Source of the DNA: Pecten maximus
Taxonomy: Eukaryota
Direction: 5' to 3'
Assembly (NCBI RefSeq): GCF_902652985.1
Contig: NC_047021.1
Coordinates: 20,894,001 to 20,958,000 of the forward strand
DNA length: 64,000 nt
The stretch's first letter is position 1, and the number at the start of each line of letters is the position of its first letter. The notes beneath the pieces were generated by a model, which was given only the letters and a program-made list of their open reading frames with translations, did not search any database and was not told the origin of the DNA. This document shows, one piece after another, positions 41,101-53,100 of the stretch. Made by a program: the position numbers and the translations under genes.

Positions 41101-44100
41101 CCTTCTCAAAGCAGTTCACAAATCACTGGCCTTTACACAACAAACAAGTTGAATAAATTCAATAATTTATTAACTTTGCATAAAATTGGGACGCCAACTG
41201 GCTGTATCTGAGATCCCTTGGGCAGGAGATAGAACAGTTAAAACAAGATCCCAATGGGCCTCTATTGATTCTACAGCAACTTTGAGGTTGATCTAGGTCA
41301 TTTCTGCAGATATGAACTTAGCTGATTACCACTTTACTCAAACATCAGAGTAAGCTAGCTTTATTTAAGTCAATAAGAATAGCTAGTCCTTCATTCTGTG
41401 TACTACTGGCCTAATATCAGGTCTCAGGATCCCTTGGCTATTGAGAAATGATTGTTTAAATATTCAAGCCTTTTCACCCCTGTGACCTTGAATGTATGTC
41501 ACGGTCATTCAATTGAACAAACTTAAGTTGTCCTGGCACTTTATCACTAGCCCTCCACCTCTGGGTTGCGAGTTCAAAACCTATGTGGGGCAGTTGCCAG
41601 GTACTGACCGTAGGCTGGTGGTTTTTCTCCGGGTACTCCGGCTTTCCTCCACCTCCAAAACCTGGCACATCCTTAAATGACCCTGGCTGTTAATAGGACT
41701 TTAAACAAAACACACCAAACCAAAGCCCTATATTAGGTCTCTTGGCCTCTTGGTTATTTTGAAGTACTTGTTTCAATGGAAAAGTTTACGTCGGATGGCC
41801 AGACCGAGGAAAGTGCAGACAAATGGCTGGATGGATGACGGATACCATGCCAAAGCATCAGATCATCTGCCCTTCGGGCAGGTGAGCTTAAAAATTGGAG
41901 ACCATGATTGACTCCATAGGTGTGGGACAGACTAGGATATACGAATGGCCAAAAACCCAATGAGCATGGCTACTTTGTATCCTAGGTCGACTTAAAAGGA
42001 CCAGCAAGTTACACTGGTTCAGCATTGAAGGTCTTCGAGAAGTATTATATAATTACTATAGACTGGACAACGTTGTACAGTTTTACTGAGTTTTCTGGTC
42101 AAAGGGGAAGCTGTTTAGTAAGCTACATAGTTCAGTTTCAAGGTTTAGCTGAGTATTACCACACTCCAGACATCTTATAACATTGCCGCAGGTGTAGCTA
42201 CATGCTGAACAACTGGAGTCACATGTGTGACAGGCTGTGGGATTCCACGAGGATGTTGGACTGACCAACACTCTATAACTGCGGTTGTATAGTATCCTGA
42301 GTTGAAGTAAGGGTCCAGTGAGCCATGCAGTCTCAGCTTCACAGTTAAACTCGGGACTAATCTCGTCTCCAGCTCCACAGCATTGAAGATATAATGCTAC
42401 ATGTTTAAGCTACATGCTGGACACTTAAAAGTTTCTGTGTCATATGACCAAATGGGGATAGAAAAGCATTGTACACTAATGTTATGGTACTATATATATG
42501 TACAGTGGAACTTCGTTAACTCGAACTCGGAAAACTCGAATACCCCGCTTAACTCGAAGTACTTTGTCAGTCCCGGCCGAAATCTCTCTTTATCCTAGTA
42601 AAAAAAACTCGGAAAACTCGAATTCGGAAAAATCGAAAAACTCGGATAATAGGAAGTGAAAATCTTGTTCCAAAAACAAAAATCCTACTTAAAATGATCG
42701 AATAACCCAAATTATCATGTTTGTTTCCAACAACGATCGGTTGTAAACGCCGACATTTTTTCAACATCAAAATTCTGTTTGTATCGGCACTAAAATTCTA
42801 CCGATTATTATACGCGATTATAAGTGTTTCATAAATTCATGAAAGAAATTGTTGGTGGAATCTTATAACAATAACTGTCGGTGATATAAAGTACTATTTT
42901 ACTTACATCAGGTAATTTCCTAAGGCGGTCGCCGATAATAGTACACACGACAGTCAACAACTCATCTACCCGCTCGCTCAAGCAGAACTAATCTCTGACA
43001 CACAGGTAGACCTACTCGGCTGTTTTTACAGGTGTAGAAATGAAACAGTCACCGGTGCCTATTAAATCTGTAAACTGCTGAAACAATAGCGTAATTACTG
43101 CCGAGGTGTTCAGAGTACGACTGTAGCGGTCAGTGCTGTCTATTAAATCGGATAAAACGCCAACTCAGTAACAGTAACATTTTATACGCACATGCGCAGT
43201 ACCAACTTCCTGTGCTAATACACATGGAAATGGCGTGGTTGTCGGTAAAACGTAAGTTGGACTATCACAGTATTTTATATGTCAAATATAAGGTTATGGT
43301 TCTGTTACGTTTTACATATAATCTGTGTTAAGTTTAAACGGTTATTTGATATAACATTAATAAATTGTTATTCGGTTGAATACCATTTTATCGTTATTCC
43401 TTTTGCAAACATGACATGAATATCAGATCGTTATTGAAGTGACTAAGCGAAAGAAACTTTATCGTGACTGTATATCGGCAAAACTACACAAAACTACGAG
43501 TGACAGAACGAAATATTACATATACATTCACATGTATTGATCAGTCTTTACACTGAACTGATGAGTGACAGAGCGGAGTTATAATGATTATATAATGTTG
43601 ACAAATATTGACCAAACTTTGCACCAAAAATGACAACTCGCTTAATTCAAACACTCGGATAACTCAAAGTTTTCCCATGGTCCCGTCGAGTTCGAGTTAA
43701 CGAAGTTCCACTGTATATGCTATATGGTGTCAGTGTAATGTAATATGCAGATATTGGTGGGTAGCAACATTCCAGTTTATTGTTAAGGGGATATGTCCCC
43801 CTACCTCACCTGTGAAGCCAAGCATCATCTTTATTCAATTCCCTGGAGAGTATATATATTCGGAGCTGCCATTCAGATCTAACACACAACTTTTTATACA
43901 TCTTCAACTTTCAATAAAGTCCACAGATAAAAACAAATTTCATAATTCATAGTATAGAAATAATAACCATCTACATTGAAACAAGAATTCCACAGAAGTA
44001 GATGTGACTTCTGCACAGAAAGTCGGATGATTACGAAAGATATTGCCTGGAAACAGATTTTTTATTTATACAGTAAACTCCACATTTCACGAAGTCGGAT

Positions 44101-47100
44101 TTAACGATATACCGCATTTCACGAAGTCTTTAAAAGTCCCCTACTGAGCCTCTATATAAACCTTTGTAAATTAATCCTGTATTCATGAAGTCGCTATGTA
44201 CGAACTATCGCTTTGTGCGATATGGTCTGGGGGTCCCCACGGGATAATTTACCTGTATGTATGAACTGTGAAAACAACTCATTAACCCTACCCGATATAA
44301 ATCGCTGTAAAAACAAGTCACTGTTCATTTGTTTGTCACTTTATACACGAAAATTAAAACTTTTGGTGATCGGGAAATTTAAAAATCCCAGATGTTTTAA
44401 GAATGTAAAAAGTCTTCCCGTGGAATACCACGCGAACAAGAAAGCCTGGATGGTGACGGAACTATTCCGAGAATGGATTTTAAAACTTGATCGTAAGTTC
44501 AATCGACAGGGTCGTCAGGTTGTGATGCTTTTAGACAACTGCACTGCTCATCCGCATGTGGAGGGTTTGAGTTCAATCAAACTTGTGTTTTTGCCTCCAA
44601 ACACGACATCGAAATTACAACCGATGGACCAAGGCATAATAAACAATTTGAAACAGAAGTACCATCGATTCCTCATTGAATACTTGCTGAAATGTTTTGA
44701 TAAAAGTCTCACTCCTGAAATCAATCTCCGACTTGACTGGATATACCGAGCGTGGAAGTGTGTCACGCCCACCACGATTCGTAACTGTTTTTTGAAGGCC
44801 GGAATCGTGCATAACGAGGTCGTGACCTCGGTGAGTGACAGCTCATCAAGCGAAGATGACAACATCCCTCTGGCAACGTTAGCCAATGAATGGAGATCAA
44901 TCTCCGAGGACAAAATCTCGCTTGCCGATTTTGTGACGATCAACGAGGATATTGTCACCACTGAACAAACAACACAGAGTGATGTTATTGAGGAAATAAA
45001 AAACAAAATGGATAACAAATCGGAAGACTCTGAGTCGGACAGCGATAGTGATACTGGGGTTGAATTGAAAATTCCTACTCTCGTAGAGTTCGTGGACAGT
45101 GTTGACAAAATAAAAATGTTCGTAGAGTCACGCGAGAATGTCGATGAAACAATGTTTGCGTGTATCACCAAACTTTCTGACTTTGCTGACAAGTGTCATT
45201 ATTCTTCAAAACAGAAACAAATGACTGACTTTTTACGAAAGTATGAAAAAAAATGTTCGATGATCGCTCGCCGGTATATTTTCCTGTGTAACTGATACGT
45301 ACACGTGTACTGCATATAGGCTAATGTACACATGATTCAATGCATGCGTTTAGCTTACGTTGTGTTAATAACAATTTGTAAATAATAATTAAAATGTAAC
45401 ACAAGTTTAACAAAATGTCCAGTGATTGTTGTTTTTAAATACTGATCATACAGTTAGTGTTTACACATTTACGCTAGGCCTAGCTAGCCAGCTGGTGAAC
45501 GGTATATATATCGAGACTAATTTTAGACAGGGAGGACTGGTCGTGTTTCACGAAGTCCGGTTTCTACGAAGTTGTTTTCATGGTCCGACTGACTTCTTGA
45601 AAACCGGAGTTTACTGTAGTTACAGTGACCTTGACCTTTGGCCTGTGCACCAGTGAAAAAACAATCCGATGCAAGCACTTGTGTTGCAGAAAAAATTAAT
45701 GAAACCTGAGTTTGCCGGACCCAAAGAAACTTTAGCTATCACAAGGAAATAAATTTTCTATCTTTAGTTAACCTGTAGCAGATTTTCTATTTATAGTAAC
45801 AGTGACATTGACCTTTGACCTTTGAACCAGTCAAAAAACAATCCCATGCAAGCACTTGTGGTAAGTAAGAACTGCATGAAAATTGAGCTTGATCTGTCCA
45901 AGGGTCACATTGGAACAAATTTTCCATTTTTAGTAACAGAGATGTTGGCTTTCTAACTTCAGACCTGAAAGGCACTCCCAAGCAAGCACTTTGGTAAGGA
46001 AGATCTATGTGAAGTTTGAGTTAGATCGGCCCAAGGGATCTTGAATTAGCGCACGGAAGCCCCTGTGCAGATGATGACGCCAACACAGACACTAACATGA
46101 TACCTATATGTCACATACACTAAATGGTTTTATACATAAAGTGTTTCATTACCTCAATTCTCGTACACCTTTCTATAAGTCCTAGCTCTGAGCATCGGGC
46201 AAATGGTTCTGTTATGCGTTCTGGTTTCTCAGGGAAAGCTGGGTCCCATAGACATTGGAATTTGGCCATCCTATCATCGTACACCAGTCCAGAACTGTAA
46301 AACAAATGTGTATGTGTTATTGCAATTTATCAGACACCTGATTCTATCTCTCCAAACTTTTGAGGTTATTTTTAGGAATTTTCAAATGTTAACACCCAAC
46401 ATTTTCAAGGATATTTTCTTCAGGTTAATAAAAATAATATCCTATTGGTTGTGTCATATAACTTCTATCATATGACCCAACATTTGTATGGACATGAGAC
46501 AACTGTACCTAAATCCAATTAATGTGGTAATTTATTTCATATACAATCATGGCACTTTGTTTCATCTGATAAGATAATTTATGGAGTGGCTAAGGTTGAT
46601 ATTGGTTATATGAATAAAACAGTGCCATAACAGTTTCATTACATTTTGGTATCAAACTCAGAGCACACAATGCTGAAGATTAAATACGATTTAACTGCAT
46701 CTTATTCCATAACACTAACCAAAACGTCATAAATACTGCATCTTTGATAAAACATTGCTCTCTCGTGCAACTAGACAGAATTTGTCAGATAAATCTGATA
46801 AGCTAATGTGACGCCACAGAAACAATTTTTGATCACTGTCACAGAGCGCAATTCAAAGTTATGATGAAAAACATGTGATCAGATATAGAGCAATCAACAT
46901 CGGATACAATACTGAAAATATCTATATATATATATATGTGGCTTATGTGGCATTGATGTCAATTTTTTTTAGTTTCATAGGGGTATGAAAAAAATGTTGT
47001 TTGCAAACTGTATGAATCCGCATAGCGGATTCTTACAGAAGTTTGCAAACAACATTTTTTTCATACCCCAATGAAACTATACAAATAATTGACATCAACG

Positions 47101-50100
47101 CTTATGATTAATTTTTGAAAATAATTTTCGAAGTTAAAATATGTTTTATGTACAATTGTACTGGTTTTATATGGGATTCCTTTTCTCAAATCAATACGCA
47201 ACGTCAATTGTCATATTGAGACGTCACATTTTTCGCGCCATTCTCAAAAAAAATTTCATAGTGGTATGAAAAAAAAATCTAAACCAGTCAGAAAGCCGCA
47301 TTCTGCGTACAAGCAGTGGAAAATTAATTATATATGTATGTAAGCTTATATTTATGGCTTATATATATATGGCTCATAACTGGATACAGACACTACATGA
47401 ATAATGTACTATTTTTATTATATCTGTCATAAATAATTAATTATACCAATAAAATTACTGCAAGATACAACATCAACGATTTCTACAAAATATCACAAGT
47501 ATTCCACTAGGTACCTCAGTTGATCAGGCCGTTCCCAAAACCAGCTCTTCACATAACTCATTATGTTTGAAACAAGGGTAGATAACTTATTCCACATGAT
47601 GAGAAATGCTTTCGAATCCACTTCCAATTAAGATGATATCACTATTATATAGATATTACTGAGTCTGACCACTGGTTACATAATGGTCAAGAGTTCCAGC
47701 CACAAAAACACAGATAACAGTCATCGCTGAGGAATTTCCAGACATCTTCTCCAGCATGATACATATCATTACTCCCATCAAGAAACTTTGTTAAATACTT
47801 TTACAAAGTAGTCACCAAAGTACTATCAGTGTATAACTGTTTCAGTGTGACAATAACAGATAGAAACTTGTTTGCAGATAATACTACAGGCACTCTGCTT
47901 TTACACTGAAATAATTGTCCAAGAAAAGATATTCATATCAACTTAAACATCCAAATCAGGTGAAATCTTCCTGCAATGAGACTTCAGTCACCTAAAAATC
48001 CACCAGATTGTGGGTATTACAGCTGACACAAGGAAATTTATAACTGATAACAAAAAAGCAAGTGATCTTGTTAAAACTGTCAACTCCCAGAAATGATAAA
48101 AAATCACCCAACTACAGGTATCTCCACACAAGGTCATCATTACCGGCTAAGGACTTCCTGTACATGTTTTATTAGAAATGTAATATCTGTGTAAATAGGA
48201 TACTTGGGTAGTTTACTGATAACATATTAAGTTGTGCCCCTCCTTGTATCCCGCTGACAGATTTAATAGTAAATGTAAATTTTCTGTATAAACCATATCT
48301 CACAATGTCCAACAAACAAGAGGCCCATGGGGAGGCACATGGGCCTAAGTTAACATGGTCACCTGAGTCTTAAATATATGCATATACAAGGTATTTATAA
48401 ACAATTCCTATATTGATAGTAGTGTTATATTGCCCCTCTTCATAATTCTAACCAATTTTTAATTATTTCCATTAAAATTTGTTTTTCCTACATAAAGTGT
48501 TGTTAAGTTTAGCACCTCTCCATGGAGAAACATGAAACTTATAGGGGTCATGAAAAAGATTTTAAGATATACATTCGTACATATATATACATGTATATAA
48601 TGTGTTATATTTCATTAATATTGTCTAGGCCAATAAATATGGTATATTGTATTTAGGAGAGGGCGTCAATAAGTTGACATAACTTGTGCCTTATCCTTTT
48701 GTTCACTTAATTGACAATAAAATATGTTTAAACTAAACTCATGAAATTTACAATTTTGATAAATCACCTTAACAACTTTCCATCCATGAAGCATATTTGA
48801 TTCTATAAAATCCAGGTCTTGAGGAGAAGATTTTTAAAATTCCAGTTAGTTTGACCCAAAACAAGGGATTCACATCCAGGAAATGATCTTTGCAGATATG
48901 CTATCCATCTGACGGTTGCTTTTATATGCTATATTTACCTACTGTTTTCACTTCTGTTCCTTGACCAGTTATTTGATTACTGTGACCTTGAACTTTCTTG
49001 GTCAAGATCAACTATTTGCATAAACTTTCCAGCCAGTACATGTAACTAATGCTGTAGATGTGCTAATTATCAAGTGTATTTGTGTCACATTAATGCAAAA
49101 AAAAACAACCAAAAAATTGCATTTTTGGGATAATTTCGAATTTTGATGGGAAAACATTATTCAAAGTTCCATATCTACATTCTTTTTGATGATTTGACCT
49201 TGAAACATTGCACACACCTTCATAAGAGTAGATTCTTTGAAATGTGATCCAAATAAACCATTTTGAAAGAACATTTTTAGTTGTTTTTTTTAATATTTGA
49301 CCCCTGTGATCTTGAATGAAGGTCATGGTCAAAGATAAGCATAACATTTGAAGCCAGCCATACATGCTATCGATGTGCCAAAAATCAAGACTTCACATGT
49401 ATAGATAAAGGAGCAGAAACATTTTATCAGCAATTAAGAGTGATTTTTTAATTTTGGAGGGAAAAAATTGCCTCTTTTTTAAAGTGTCATATCCACTGAT
49501 GTCTGTGCATTATGTTCTTTCATATACAATGAAAAAAATATTCAAGTTAAGTTAACCCTGACCAATGCTAACTAATTTCCAATTAAAATAAAACAAATTA
49601 TGCTAAGATATGCAAGTTTCCTATATAAACTATAGTAAACTTTAGCCCCTCCCCAGAAGGAATGTGAAACCAAGTGGCTATGAAATTTACAATGTTGATA
49701 AAGCACCTCAAGGACCTTCCATCCATGAAGAGTATATCATTCTGCCATATCTGGGTCTTGAGAAGAAGATTTTTGAAATATCAGTCAATTTGACCCTTTT
49801 TGACCTTGCCCCTCAGGCCCCTGAGGGGTGGTTGTTATGGTAGATCTTTAACCAAGGAAGGTTTCTACAAATTTTCATCAAAATTAGTTCAGAAGTTTTT
49901 AAGGAGAAGTCAAAAATGTGAAAATGTTATACTAACGAAGGATGATGGACGACCAACGACAATGGATGAAGCCAGACAGGAAAATGTCACTGAGCTTCGT
50001 TCATGTGATCTAAAAAGGGATCCAAGAGGGTTCTTGGCATCCACCACTGAAATTTGAGAAATATCCATAAAGTACTGTCTGAGAAAAACTGTTGGCCATT

Positions 50101-53100
50101 TTGCTTTTCCAAATTTGTCTAGAAATTGCCATCCACAACTAGGAACTGAAAGGAATTTTCAAATTAAGTTAAAAAAATATCCTTCAANNNNNNNNNNNNN
50201 NNNNNNNNNNNNNNNNNNNNNNNNNNNNNNNNNNNNNNNNNNNNNNNNNNNNNNNNNNNNNNNNNNNNNNNNNNNNNNNNNNNNNNNNNNNNNNNNNNNN
50301 NNNNNNNNNNNNNNNNNNNNNNNNNNNNNNNNNNNNNNNNNNNNNNNNNNNNNNNNNCAGTTAACTGATCAATAGCTTGATATCAAAGGGATATAGAAAC
50401 CACATTTTTAAACACATGTCAGACCTGTCTCTTTAATAGTTATCTCAAGCAACCACAGATAAAAGACTCTAATGATATCTATAAGGCGACTGTGTATAAG
50501 GAAGTGTTATTCAACTGTCCTAGCATGCAACACCTTTGGGCCAGGTGAGCTATAATTGGCAAGAAAGTTTTTGATATTTTACCTGTACAGATGGAAGTGA
50601 CCTTACACAGAAGAGATAGCAAATACAAAACCACAGACATTAACAGCAACATGGCTTTAAATCTTCATAAACAAATATTTGCCAATATAGCCGGCTTTCA
50701 GTAGACCAGCTTGAGAATATATGGCTGTTAACTCCCTAAAATGAAATTGGACTCTTGGGTTTGAAAGGTATTATGTCAATTTGTCATGTTTTGATCCTTC
50801 AAATTTATGAAAAATGGTCATTTGACTTCTGAAATCCTTAAGTTGAGGATAAACGGAAACAGTCGTGACTCAGAGACATTCCTCCAAAAGATTAGACATT
50901 ATTTTAAGGCCCTAGAGTGAAGTGTATTCTTTATTTCAGCTTCTCATAAAACTTGAAAACTATACGTCTCCCCCAAACCATCTAGCCATTTGGACTCCTT
51001 TAGGTCTTTCCAATACCATCTGGCCATTTAGATTTCTTGTAAATTTTCAGTTATTGAACCAGTGGAGTGAATTAAGATACAATACAGGCAAACAAAAGGA
51101 AGCTGAATGACAATGTACAGGGTGGAAAATAATGGAACAAAGAGGTACAGTGAGCCTGTATATCTCATATATTGAAGCAATTATCATTGAATGCAACATC
51201 ACAAATACGAGGCTATCTAAAGCAAAATTTTAATAAAATTAAGGCTTTAATTACATTTACAGATTTGTAATATCAGAATGCCTCTGTAGAACTAACGACT
51301 GTCTGTACCAGTAAGGATACCAGATACATCATAGTGGAACCTAGCTGTTGTTTATCTCGCCTTAGTGATCTTACAATGATATTTACCTAAGTGTTATAAC
51401 ATCACTCAGTTTCTAATTCAAAGGTCACATTCTCACCAAGACCGTACACATTGTAATGGAATCCCTGCTTCCTCATTTCAGTCTTAGTCAATAACACTCT
51501 AATCTATCAGAGCTGTCATAACAAAACCATTTACAGCTTTTAGAGAAACCATTTTAGACCTTTGATCTCATGATCTCAAAAGACTTCCTTGTTTGAATAT
51601 AACCAACTTTACTTTGTAACAAAACAAAATGTTTACTACTTAAAAGATAGAAAATGTCTTTGACCTTTGCCCTAATGTTAAATCATCATAATTAATCAGC
51701 TGATTTTCCTTGTTTGAATCTTAACAGTTTTGATTCATATTGTTGAAAGATACAGAATTTGACAATTACCATTATTTTACCCAATTGCAGAAAGAAACAA
51801 TTATCTTGTATTTGCTTAGAATAAAAAAAAAAACATTATTTTTATTGAAAAAGAGGTCCAGAGGGCCTGTATTGCTCACCTGGATATATCAGGGACTATG
51901 TCAGAATAGTATAAAGAACCATTTCAAAATAATAGCTATATCTTTCCTATAATGGGTCCTGATCTTTGGGCCCCAGGGCCATAACCACCTTTTATACAAT
52001 TTATTTCAATTCCCCCAAGTGTGCTTTACATCATATTTAGACATGTTATTCCACAGAAAGAGAAGGATTTGGAATACTTCCTACATTTCCCCTATTGGGC
52101 TGCCTTTTATACACAGGGACCAAATCTTTCCATTCTCAAAGAATGTGGATTTTAAAGAATTTGCAAAATTTCATCTATTTGGCTCCGTCCTTAAGGGGCC
52201 AGACCCACTGCTATACAAATTGGTTCCCTTTCACCCAAGGGGACAAAGTTTGGTCAAAATCTACCAAGTCATTGACTGGTACGTAGCGATTCTTAGAGAA
52301 AAGATGGCAGATATATGGATGGACGACAGATGAAAGATGAAGGGTGACAGACAATGGCCAATGGCATAAGCTCATAAGGTTAGCTAATACCCGGTTTCCC
52401 TTTACCCATGGATGCTTCAGACCAAAGTTGGTCTGAATCCTGTCATTCCTACAGGAGAAGAAGGATTTCAAAAAGTTTGCTATATTTCCCCTATTGCGCG
52501 TGTACATGTACGATTTTGAATCCCCACTACCTAGGGATGCTATCAGTCAAATAGGAGTGATATTCACTGCTTAGTTCCGGAAAAGAATTTGTTTATATCA
52601 ATATACCGATAGTCAAATTGCCCCCTTTCGGTCTGATCCCTCAGCGACATTAGGATCAGACCTAACATTTGCACAATTATGAATCCCTACTAAATAGGGA
52701 TCAATACTAGCAATTAAATATGAGTGATATCTATAGCTTAGTACCAGTGAATTTGTTTATATCAATTTAATTTTGAATCCCCGCCACCTTGGGATGCATA
52801 CAGTTAAATTATGTTAAATTCCAATCACAGTGGTTATGAATAAGTCATTTGAAGAAATAGCTGATGAATGAACGAAGGACAACTAAGGTCCAGGTGAGGT
52901 AACAAGAGCCCTGGAGATAAAAACAATATATATATGCCCTGTCACATCCTATATACTGTTATATACTATCTTGTATCAAAATAAGATTTGCATAACCTTA
53001 TAAGTGGCTATCTGGCATGCTATCAATCTCACTTTTCACTAGCAGTGTATATTTTTGAACTTGCAAATCTCAAGACCCTACTTTTTATTCTCGTATATAG

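Noticed and set aside
44548-45192. 214-aa minus-strand ORF
   Set aside because: Antisense shadow of the transposase frame
51385-51476. Another ATG-initiated intronic segment ([13 protein letters not shown])
   Set aside because: Its donor is phase 1, incompatible with the next exon, and the longer form hits a stop
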